The notes under the pieces were generated by a model. That model was not told the DNA's origin. It did no database searches and saw only the letters and a program-made list of their open reading frames with translations. The translations under genes were made by a program, and so were the position numbers. Shown here in pieces: positions 1-6,538 of a DNA stretch of 15,808 nt (positions are counted from its first letter, which is position 1; every line of letters starts with the position of its first letter). The stretch lies in the IMG/VR virus record IMGVR_UViG_2706794698_000009. One strand, given 5' to 3'. This DNA comes from a virus (taxonomy: Duplodnaviria > Heunggongvirae > Uroviricota > Caudoviricetes).

Positions 1-2
1 GT

Positions 3-488
3 AATAACATTAATAGAGAACAACACTTTATTGATCCTGATTTAGAAAAGAATCTAATATTAAAGTCTTTATTTATATCAAAAGTTGTTACTTACGGTAA
101 GTGTTTTACAGAGGCGAAAGGGCGTCGATTCACATTGCAGAGAAAGCATGTGCCAGAAAAATACAGAGATTTACATGATTCTATTATGAATGTTAGACAT
201 AACTTTGCTGCCCATAAAGGTGAATTTGAATATGATCAATGTGGCTTGGTTTTAATATTGCCGGGGACCAAGAAAAAAAGGTGCTATCATATTTTTTCAG
301 AACTCAATCAAATAAATTACGGTAATAATGAGGAAGATGATGAACGTTTTTTTATGTTATATGATTCACTGCGTAAAGTCATTAAAGAAAAACGAGATAA
401 ATTAATTGATAAAATATACGCTGAAAAGATTCATACTCAAACAATGGAGTATTGGTTGAGCCGAACAGGAAAAGAAACAGAGATTTAA
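3..488 (+). CDS. 5'-truncated AT-rich ORF of unknown function; possible HEPN-like defence or abortive-infection protein
   Basis: The frame is open from position 3 to the TAA at 486-488, with no in-frame stop upstream of the TTG at 135 used by the ORF track. Composition is about one-third GC by eye, far below the adjacent phage genes. Codons 195-215 encode R-H-N-F-A-A-H, which fits Rx4-6H. No family was recognised with certainty. Confidence 0.45.
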   Translation, partial: NNINREQHFIDPDLEKNLILKSLFISKVVTYGKCFTEAKGRRFTLQRKHVPEKYRDLHDSIMNVRHNFAAHKGEFEYDQCGLVLILPGTKKKRCYHIFSELNQINYGNNEEDDERFFMLYDSLRKVIKEKRDKLIDKIYAEKIHTQTMEYWLSRTGKETEI

Positions 489-532
489 TTTGTTCAGTAT
501 ATAAAAGCTAATTTTTAAGGAGTAATTTTCAG

Positions 533-592
533 ATGATTAAAGCTGATTACATTGCGATAGGTACTCTACGACTAACTTTTCAACAAGAGTAA
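533..592 (+). CDS. 19-aa mini-ORF (MIKADYIAIGTLRLTFQQE) with a strong ribosome-binding site
   Basis: AAGGAG at 517-522 lies 10 nt upstream of the ATG at 533; the stop is TAA at 590-592. It is too short to assess by homology. Confidence 0.2.
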   Translation: MIKADYIAIGTLRLTFQQE

Positions 593-684
593 GGGGGTAA
601 TCAATTTTATTTGTATCAATGGTATGACATTTCTTGGCGATAATGTTTTGATCTTATCGATTCATGTCATATGGTCATTGGTAA

Positions 685-758
685 CGTCCGCTCTTGGTAA
701 AGAGTGGACGCTCAGATTAGGTTTGGCATCTAATCATAGATGTGTCAGCTCACATCTA
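685..758. other. Two inverted repeats in a convergent intergenic region; possible prophage-end, recombination-protein binding or terminator structures
   Basis: CGTCCGCTCTT (685-695) pairs with AAGAGTGGACG (700-710) with one G-T mismatch. TAGATGTG (737-744) pairs perfectly with CACATCTA (751-758). Neither is followed by a clear T-tract on either strand. Confidence 0.3.
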
Positions 759-770
759 AGCTAATACATA

Positions 771-965
771 TTAATCAATCACTCCCGCAAATCTGTAAAT
801 CTTGTGTGATGCCCATTTATTTGGGCAGGATTTAATATCAGGATCTGGAAAGTCAGGCCTGTATTTCTGGCCAGTTCTCCTGTTTACGCTGTTCCAGCGA
901 AGAACAGTCGATACTGAAACACCACAGAAATCGGCGACTTGTTTAGTTGTCATTAAGTTGTTCAT
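771..965 (-). CDS. Excisionase / AlpA-family HTH DNA-binding protein (putative recombination directionality factor)
   Basis: 64 aa; the segment TKQVADFCGVSVSTVLRW resembles the excisionase/AlpA-type HTH. AGGAGG lies 8 nt upstream of the ATG, and the start overlaps the upstream stop as TAATG. It is the last gene of the leftward operon. Confidence 0.6.
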   Translation of the reverse strand: MNNLMTTKQVADFCGVSVSTVLRWNSVNRRTGQKYRPDFPDPDIKSCPNKWASHKIYRFAGVID

Positions 966-1585
966 TACTTCACCTCCTGCGGCGGCTCCGGTAGCGGCAT
1001 CCAGTGGGTTACTTTCGATGCCGGTTCTTCCCCATTGTCAGTAACTGCCCACCATTTGTTTCTCGAACAATCGTAATACCCTTCGAAGGTATCGCACTCA
1101 GTCCAGCCGTAAGACTTACCCCAACACCAAACATACTGTTTATCGTTCGGCATTCGCTCACTACAGCTTATCCAACCATCCGGAGTTACCGGAGAGTTGC
1201 CCGACAGCTTGTTCAACTTGTAAGTCTGGCTTACAGGTTTGGCACCATGAAGCATGGTGGCGCGGCAGGCGTTCCAGCCTTCATCAAAACCGACTATGCC
1301 ATTATTTAAAGACGGACGAGCATCTGGCACCACCAGTACTGGCTTGGCTATATATAGCGGCTGAACATACCAGCCCTTTGATAACCAACTGTCAGCAATG
1401 TTTTTGCTCCTGGTTATTGCCGGAATACCTAAGCCATTGTCTGAATGCAGCCATGCCACCGGCTCCTCTTCCAGCGATGCCAGAGCAATTTCATAAGCAC
1501 GGCGCTCAATATCGTCTCGAACCTCTAGGCTGCTGATTCGTTCTTTGATTTCTTTAATCAGTTCTTTATTGGTAAATGTGGTCAT
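965..1585 (-). CDS. DUF551-domain prophage protein (YfdT-like, longer form)
   Basis: 206 aa; the C-terminus carries the DUF551-type signature (WCWGKSYGW ... VTHWMPLPEPP). The start overlaps the upstream stop as TAATG. Confidence 0.7.
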   Translation of the reverse strand: MTTFTNKELIKEIKERISSLEVRDDIERRAYEIALASLEEEPVAWLHSDNGLGIPAITRSKNIADSWLSKGWYVQPLYIAKPVLVVPDARPSLNNGIVGFDEGWNACRATMLHGAKPVSQTYKLNKLSGNSPVTPDGWISCSERMPNDKQYVWCWGKSYGWTECDTFEGYYDCSRNKWWAVTDNGEEPASKVTHWMPLPEPPQEVK

Positions 1586-1947
1586 TATGCTCCAGCCTCC
1601 GGCGCTTTGGGTATTACTGCCCAGTGAGTGATATTGAAGTTTTCAAGGTCCCCGACCTGAAATGTCCACTGCCATTCTCCGGTTTCTTTTTGTCCCCAGG
1701 TGTACCAGAGAGAACGCCAGCCAATCAGCCAGCCTTCTCCGTTAGCATCAAATAACAGAACACTTTCATTTGCTGGTGGCAGTTCAGCTGACACTGGTAT
1801 TATTTTGTTTTCCAGTGCCGCACATTTAGCTTCAAGCGCGTCGAATTTACGTACCAGGTACTCAGCATTTGTTTCGTTCACTTTCAGATCTCGCGGTACA
1901 CATTTCCCGCGAAGAAACCCTTCCATTTCGAAAACATTCATGCGCAT
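1585..1947 (-). CDS. yfdS: DUF551-domain prophage protein, YfdS-like
   Basis: 120 aa beginning MRMNVFEMEGFLRGK and containing ITHWAVIPKAPE; recognised from memory as YfdS of the CPS-53/KplE1 prophage. It overlaps the upstream gene by 10 nt. Confidence 0.7.
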   Translation of the reverse strand: MRMNVFEMEGFLRGKCVPRDLKVNETNAEYLVRKFDALEAKCAALENKIIPVSAELPPANESVLLFDANGEGWLIGWRSLWYTWGQKETGEWQWTFQVGDLENFNITHWAVIPKAPEAGA

Positions 1948-2402
1948 TTGCGTAACTCCGATAACTCGTTAAAACGTTCCATAAACATCCCGTAGGCATG
2001 GCCAGGTGCCAGTGGAATCACGTTGAACATCTCTGTTGCTGGGATGCCTTCCAGTACAGGCCAGAAAGAGCCATCATCAAGCCCGAGATCGCGGCGTTCG
2101 GTTGCCAGCATGATAAGATCGGCATATTTCACGGGCGTACTCATAACTGGGGGTAACCCGTATTTCTCACGGATTACGGCATCTATTTTTTCTTCCATCC
2201 GTTTATAGTCAGGAAGAAGGCGTTTCAGTGGCGCGGGAATGTCCTGACAATACGCTTCTGTTGCATCATGCATTAACGCTTCAAAAGCAAATTCCTGCGG
2301 TACCAGCTGGCTGCAAAGCACCGCATGTTGGGCGACGCTGTAGAAGTGTGAAAGATGTCCTGCAAAGCGACAGATATTTGAAAGGGAAACCGCGATATCG
2401 TT
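1938..2402 (-). CDS. yfdR: HD-domain 5'-deoxynucleotidase YfdR (N-terminus masked)
   Basis: The visible translation NDIAVSLSNICRFAGHLSHFYSVAQHAVLCSQLVPQEFAFEALMHDATEAY... contains the HD motif and matches remembered YfdR. The frame stays open into the N block at 2403, so the real start is inside the mask. Confidence 0.85.
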   Translation of the reverse strand, partial: NDIAVSLSNICRFAGHLSHFYSVAQHAVLCSQLVPQEFAFEALMHDATEAYCQDIPAPLKRLLPDYKRMEEKIDAVIREKYGLPPVMSTPVKYADLIMLATERRDLGLDDGSFWPVLEGIPATEMFNVIPLAPGHAYGMFMERFNELSELRKCA

Positions 2403-2662
2403 NNNNNNNNNNNNNNNNNNNNNNNNNNNNNNNNNNNNNNNNNNNNNNNNNNNNNNNNNNNNNNNNNNNNNNNNNNNNNNNNNNNNNNNNNNNNNNNNNN
2501 NNNNNNNNNNNNNNNNNNNNNNNNNNNNNNNNNNNNNNNNNNNNNNNNNNNNNNNNNNNNNNNNNNNNNNNNNNNNNNNNNNNNNNNNNNNNNNNNNNNN
2601 NNNNNNNNNNNNNNNNNNNNNNNNNNNNNNNNNNNNNNNNNNNNNNNNNNNNNNNNNNNNNN

Positions 2663-3445
2663 TTTGAATTTCTCAACAAGCAGATCACGAAATTCGTTAG
2701 CCATATCTTCCTGCACCGCTTCCAGCTGAATAATGCGCAGAACCAGTACAGGACGATCGCCAGTGATAATGCTGAGGCGTAATTTAAACGGACGTTCTTT
2801 CAGACCTTCAAACGGAACGCATTTAAATTCAAATGCCACTGGCATAATGTCTTTGGTCTTCGCTTCGACAGATTCCATCAGGGAGCGTTTGCCGCTGAAG
2901 TCATTATCTTCAAAATCAGCGGTCTGGTTTGCTTCAATCGTGATTTTACGGATTGCCGCAGCCGCTTTTGTTGCCTGAATGGCGTCACCATTAGCATCAA
3001 AGCCCACAAGGTAATCGGCCCAGTCTTCAATCCATTCTGCCAGTGACTTCTGGGAGTTACGCTCGCCGTTAACAGACAACAGTGCAGAGAACGGTGCTGT
3101 CTTTTTCAGTTTGAGAGTGGCGGTGTTATCTGCGTGACCTGGTTCATTAATAGTACCCAGGTTAAGCACACTGACGGCACGCATATTATCATCATCGATA
3201 AAGCAGCGGGTGCCTTCATCTGCAAGATCTTTAGAATAACGGGTAAAATCATCGATGCTGGCAGTGGAAAGCGCACCACGGAAACGGAAGCGATTTAAAT
3301 TAAATTTTTCCAGATCATGAATGCGGAAATTCTCAGGCAATGCTACAGCATCGGCACCAATCTTACTGATAATTTCATTAACACCCTGAGCAGAAATAAG
3401 GGCATGGATTTGATTAATTGCAGTTGCGTCTAAGCTCTGAGACAT
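2663..3445 (-). CDS. yfdQ: YfdQ-like DUF2303 prophage protein (C-terminus masked)
   Basis: The ATG at 3445 has GAGGA 6 nt upstream. 261 aa are visible and the frame runs into the N block at 2662. The ORF-track 390-aa product is an artefact of translating N as X across two genes. Confidence 0.6.
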
Positions 3446-3510
3446 AATAAGTCCTCACTATATTAAGATATTCAGTGATGAGATAAATAATCAGTTAATT
3501 AAGAACGATA

Positions 3511-3873
3511 TTAATGACCTGCTGCGCGGAGTTTTCCGTCAGGATCACCGGCAAGAGTCAGTAATTGTCCCTGGTCTTCCTGCAGAATAGTCAGGCGACC
3601 ACCGCGATTGACATACATCGGCGTTTCGGTGGTGTCTTCTTCGGAAATTTTCCCGCGGTTAGTCGGGCGAACATATGAGAGTTTGTGTTTGATTTTCACA
3701 CGGTTCTCATCAAACGGTTCGATTTCCAGGTTGAGCGAGACCTTACCTTTGGTTTTCGTGTTCATCACACCGGAAGCGACTTCACTGAGAACTGCGCCGA
3801 TTTTGGTTTCAAATACGCCGCCGTCCAGCTCCCCAATAAATGCCTGCACATCAGTACTGCGTTCGCTAGCCAT
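3511..3873 (-). CDS. Small early-left prophage protein of unknown function (YfdP-like position)
   Basis: 120 aa if started at the ATG giving MASERSTDV..., which has GAGGAG 7 nt upstream. Two further in-frame ATGs at 3891 and 3888 would give 126 aa. Protein-like composition; no motif recognised. Confidence 0.6.
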   Translation of the reverse strand: MASERSTDVQAFIGELDGGVFETKIGAVLSEVASGVMNTKTKGKVSLNLEIEPFDENRVKIKHKLSYVRPTNRGKISEEDTTETPMYVNRGGRLTILQEDQGQLLTLAGDPDGKLRAAGH

Positions 3874-4480
3874 TTTGCTGCTCCTCATCATATCGACCCT
3901 GCAAGGTCGGTTGGTTTCTCCACAAAACAGAGAAGAACACCTGCGGTGGCAGCCGCCCGGATGGATTGGGTTATGAGCCCNNNNNNNNNNNNNNNNNNNN
4001 NNNNNNNNNNNNNNNNNNNNNNNNNNNNNNNNNNNNNNNNNNNNNNNNNNNNNNNNNNNNNNNNNNNNNNNNNNNNNNNNNNNNNNNNNNNNNNNNNNNN
4101 NNNNNNNNNNNNNNNNNNNNNNNNNNNNNNNNNNNNNNNNNNNNNNNNNNNNNNNNNNNNNNNNNNNNNNNNNNNNNNNNNNNNNNNNNNNNNNNNNNNN
4201 NNNNNNNNNNNNNNNNNNNNNNNNNNNNNNNNNNNNNNNNNTCCATAAATGCCCTCATCGTTGCACCCTGGTCTCTTCCCAGGCGTCAAACCGAATCGCC
4301 ACGCTGGTTAGGCGTCTTATCAGCATCATCATTGACTTGCACATTCCGGCTACCTGGTTTGTTTGCCCGAGCAAGGAGTGGATTGTCCCCTTTAACGTCC
4401 CCAGACCGCTAACGACGCATGTGCCATACGCCGTGTTACAACCAAATTTTGTTAGTACCTTGTTTGTTTGTCTGGAAAGA

Positions 4481-4533
4481 AAGATAAAATGAAGTTGCGC
4501 ATTATGCAAGTGTTTTTGTTGCGAGATATGCAA
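4481..4533 (-). promoter_or_regulatory. Leftward early promoter region with two candidate repressor operators (OL/PL-like)
   Basis: Two 15-bp dyads of the form TTGC-N7-GCAA: TTGCGCATTATGCAA (4495-4509) and TTGCGAGATATGCAA (4519-4533). On the minus strand a TTGCAT -35 lies inside the first dyad, with a weak TATCTT 17 bp downstream. Confidence 0.4.
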
Positions 4534-4544
4534 TTTAAAGGGTA

Positions 4545-4568
4545 ATGAAAAGCCACCTTTGGGTGGCT
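4545..4568 (-). terminator. Intrinsic terminator downstream of the repressor gene
   Basis: A 7-bp GC-rich stem, AGCCACC (4551-4557) and GGTGGCT (4562-4568), with loop TTTG. On the minus strand it is followed by TTTTCATT. It lies about 20 nt past the repressor stop. Confidence 0.5.
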
Positions 4569-4588
4569 AATTGATGAGGAGGTAAGGG

Positions 4589-5281
4589 TTAATTGTGTCG
4601 CTTAAGGGTTTGTGACTGGCTGATTAAGACCTTTCCAAAGACCATAAACCGGTGTTCATTTTCGCTGGTAATTCCCCATTCACGGTAAATCTGGTTATCA
4701 GAAATCACCAGTAGTTTGTCAGGTATCATTTGCAGTCGTTTGACATAAATTTTATCATCAAAACCAAATACATAGATACCATCTCCATCAAACTGATTGA
4801 TACTGACATCAACGAAGATGAGATCTCCTGGCTCAATGGTTGGACACATACTGTCCCCACGAACGTTGATAACTTTAATGTGATTGGCTGGCCGTCCGCC
4901 AAACATCGATACAGCATTATCAGTTCTGTATTCAATGGCATGAATCACATCAATGACATCACCGCCCTGGATAAGGCCATTTCCCGCACTGGCACTGACA
5001 TCCAGCATTTCAATACGGAATACATCCTTCACCTGCGCAACATCCTCACTAATACTGTTTTTACATACAGTATTACTTTTGACGTCTGAGGTAAAGAGAT
5101 CAGCAATATCAACACCTAAGCTCCTGGCAATATTACTCAGGGCTTGTTCAGTGAATTGTTTCTGCTTACCTGTTTCCAGGCGTGAGATATTCGCCGCATC
5201 CACTCCTATTGCTTCAGCGAGATCGGCGATTTTCATGTTCTTCGCCTGGCGAAGTTGTCTGACTCGGTTTCCTATGTTCAT
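4589..5281 (-). CDS. cI-like prophage repressor (N-terminal XRE-type HTH, C-terminal S24 LexA-like autopeptidase)
   Basis: 230 aa. The N-terminus (IADLAEAIGVDAANISRLETGK) is HTH-like. The C-terminus carries a candidate Ala-Gly cleavage site (SASAGNG), the Ser motif GDSM and the Lys motif VKRL. The gene is divergent from the cro-like gene. Confidence 0.85.
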   Translation of the reverse strand: MNIGNRVRQLRQAKNMKIADLAEAIGVDAANISRLETGKQKQFTEQALSNIARSLGVDIADLFTSDVKSNTVCKNSISEDVAQVKDVFRIEMLDVSASAGNGLIQGGDVIDVIHAIEYRTDNAVSMFGGRPANHIKVINVRGDSMCPTIEPGDLIFVDVSINQFDGDGIYVFGFDDKIYVKRLQMIPDKLLVISDNQIYREWGITSENEHRFMVFGKVLISQSQTLKRHN

Positions 5282-5287
5282 GCGTTT

Positions 5288-5364
5288 ATTACATTTCTTT
5301 ATTGCGCGTTAAGCAAATCAACTTGCGCAAAATATTTGCGTGAAATAATATGCTCATCACGCAA
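5288..5364. promoter_or_regulatory. Divergent PRM/PR-like switch region with operator dyads
   Basis: A third TTGC-N7-GCAA dyad, TTGCGCGTTAAGCAA, sits at 5302-5316. The palindrome TTGCGCAA is at 5323-5330, and TTGCGTGA-N13-TCACGCAA at 5336-5364. Rightward promoter: -35 TTGCGC (5323-5328), 17-bp spacer, -10 TAATAT (5346-5351). Leftward promoter: -35 TTGCTT (complement of 5311-5316), 17-bp spacer, -10 TGTAAT (complement of 5288-5293), which would give a near-leaderless repressor mRNA. Confidence 0.5.
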
Positions 5365-5378
5365 TATGTGGAGGTCAT

Positions 5379-5639
5379 ATGCAATCACCATTACGGAATG
5401 TGCGTAAGGCGCACGGATTTACTTTGCAGCATGTTGCTGCTGGCGTTCAGGTCAATCCAGCGACGCTGAGTCGTATTGAAAGACTGGAACAAATTCCATC
5501 TATCGATCTTGCAGAACGTCTGGCCAATTTTTTTAAGGGTGAAATCAGCGAAATGCAGATTCTTTATCCGGCACGTTTTCAATCTAGCCAAAACCAGAAT
5601 GGGTTTAAACCACAGGAACAGGAGGTAAGCCGTGGGTAA
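5379..5639 (+). CDS. Cro-like XRE-family HTH regulator
   Basis: 86 aa with HTH segment FTLQHVAAGVQVNPATLSRIERLEQIPSID. GGAGG at 5370-5374 precedes the ATG. It is the first gene of the rightward operon, opposite the repressor. Confidence 0.7.
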   Translation: MQSPLRNVRKAHGFTLQHVAAGVQVNPATLSRIERLEQIPSIDLAERLANFFKGEISEMQILYPARFQSSQNQNGFKPQEQEVSRG

Positions 5640-6183
5640 TCATCACTGGAAAGTGGAAAAACAGCCTGAGTGGTACGTGAAAGCTGTCAGAAAAACTATC
5701 GCAGCGTTGCCGGGTGGTTACGCTGAAGCAGCTGACTGGCTGGATGTAACAGAAAACGCATTATTTAACCGCCTTCGTGCCGATGGCGATCAGATTTTCC
5801 CGCTGGGATGGGCAATGATTTTGCAACGTGCTGGTGGAACTCACTTCATTGCTGACGCTGTGGCGCAGTCTGCAAATGGCGTCTTTGTGTCTCTTCCTGA
5901 CGTCGAGGATGTGGACAACGCCGATATTAACCAGCGCCTGCTGGAAGTCATTGAACAGATTGGCAGTTATTCCAGACAGATTCGTTCGGCAATCGAAGAC
6001 GGTGTGGTGGAACCGCATGAGAAGACAGCAATTAACGACGAGCTGTATCTCTCAATTTCGAAGCTGCAGGAGCATGCAGCACTGGTCTACAAAATCTTTT
6101 GCATTTCAGAAAGTAATGACGCCCGCGAGTGTGCAGCTCCGGGCGCCGTGGCGTGTCGTGACTGTGGAGAAACTAACGCATGA
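5632..6183 (+). CDS. Early regulatory protein in the cII position (possibly 186-CII/CP76-like or YdaT-like); function uncertain
   Basis: 183 aa. The GTG start at 5632 has GGAGG at 5620-5624 and overlaps the cro-like stop. The family assignment is from memory and weak. Confidence 0.45.
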   Translation: MGNHHWKVEKQPEWYVKAVRKTIAALPGGYAEAADWLDVTENALFNRLRADGDQIFPLGWAMILQRAGGTHFIADAVAQSANGVFVSLPDVEDVDNADINQRLLEVIEQIGSYSRQIRSAIEDGVVEPHEKTAINDELYLSISKLQEHAALVYKIFCISESNDARECAAPGAVACRDCGETNA

Positions 6184-6518
6184 ACAGTTTAACAACACAC
6201 TACCGTCGCTCGCAACTGATTGCGCTTCCTGTACCGGGTGGAAAAGCGAAGGTGGAGTATTGCTATGCAGTTAATGTACCAGGTGACAGGGAAATTGTAA
6301 CCCACAGCTTTGCTGAGTGGGCTGTGGGTGATTTCAACCGGCAGAAGGAGACAGTCCTTTGCGACAAGTTAACCGCTGGTTCAAAGATCACTACGGAGTG
6401 CCCGTCAGAGTCATTCGTTGGGAGCCGGAAACACAACGAGTTATCTACCTCCGCGAAGGCTATGAGCATGAGTGCTTCAGCCCGCTCGAACAGTTTCGTC
6501 GTAAATTCAGGGAAATAG
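6180..6518 (+). CDS. Hypothetical protein, possibly frameshifted; only the first half looks coding
   Basis: The ATG overlaps the upstream TGA as ATGA. Residues 1 to about 60 look protein-like; the rest is Ser/Thr-rich low complexity, while another frame looks coding over the same DNA. Confidence 0.3.
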   Translation: MNSLTTHYRRSQLIALPVPGGKAKVEYCYAVNVPGDREIVTHSFAEWAVGDFNRQKETVLCDKLTAGSKITTECPSESFVGSRKHNELSTSAKAMSMSASARSNSFVVNSGK

Positions 6519-6538
6519 AGGTCGGTCATGAGCACTAA
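6359..6538 (+). CDS. Alternative-frame small ORF (59 aa), or the 3' part of a frameshifted gene
   Basis: TTG at 6359 with AAGGAG (6344-6349) 9 nt upstream. The translation [59 protein letters not shown] is protein-like. Its TAA at 6536-6538 overlaps the start of the replication gene at 6528. Confidence 0.35.
   Translation: MRQVNRWFKDHYGVPVRVIRWEPETQRVIYLREGYEHECFSPLEQFRRKFREIEVGHEH

Noticed and set aside
489-770. A tRNA or tRNA 3' fragment marking the attachment site
   Set aside because: I could not recognise a T-arm (GTTCGAATC-like) or acceptor/CCA structure by eye. The boundary call rests only on gene content and composition.
802-1309. Plus-strand ORFs (802-1044, 1004-1309, and similar ones at 1700-1972 and 2023-2208) opposite the leftward operon
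   Set aside because: They are antisense shadows of well-supported minus-strand genes, with low-complexity composition and no ribosome-binding sites.
2273-3445. 390-aa ORF-track product spanning the N block, along with other X-containing ORFs at 2228-2782, 2281-2688, 3685-4248, 3888-4289, 3966-4412, 3971-4258, 8276-8770, 8285-8626, 13061-13588, 13312-13607, 14177-14656, 14335-14652, 14777-15220, 14813-15187, 14874-15212 and 14907-15203
   Set aside because: These are artefacts of translating masked N as X. The visible flanks belong to separate genes (YfdQ-like and YfdR at the first mask) or are non-coding shadow frames.
4255-4533. 92-aa minus-strand ORF between the mask and the repressor terminator
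   Set aside because: Its start lies inside the candidate operator dyads and its composition is not protein-like. More likely non-coding leader or regulatory DNA, though a small gene beginning near 4258 and running into the mask cannot be excluded.
4726-5312. ORFs overlapping the repressor gene on either strand (4726-4941, 4730-5089, 4953-5312)
   Set aside because: They are nested in or antisense to the repressor gene, which has clear HTH and S24 motifs.
6332-6362. Programmed -1 ribosomal frameshift at the frame switch
   Set aside because: There is no X-XXY-YYZ slippery heptamer in the relevant frame (the sequence is GTC CTT TGC) and no obvious downstream pseudoknot. A mutation, indel or nested gene is more plausible.
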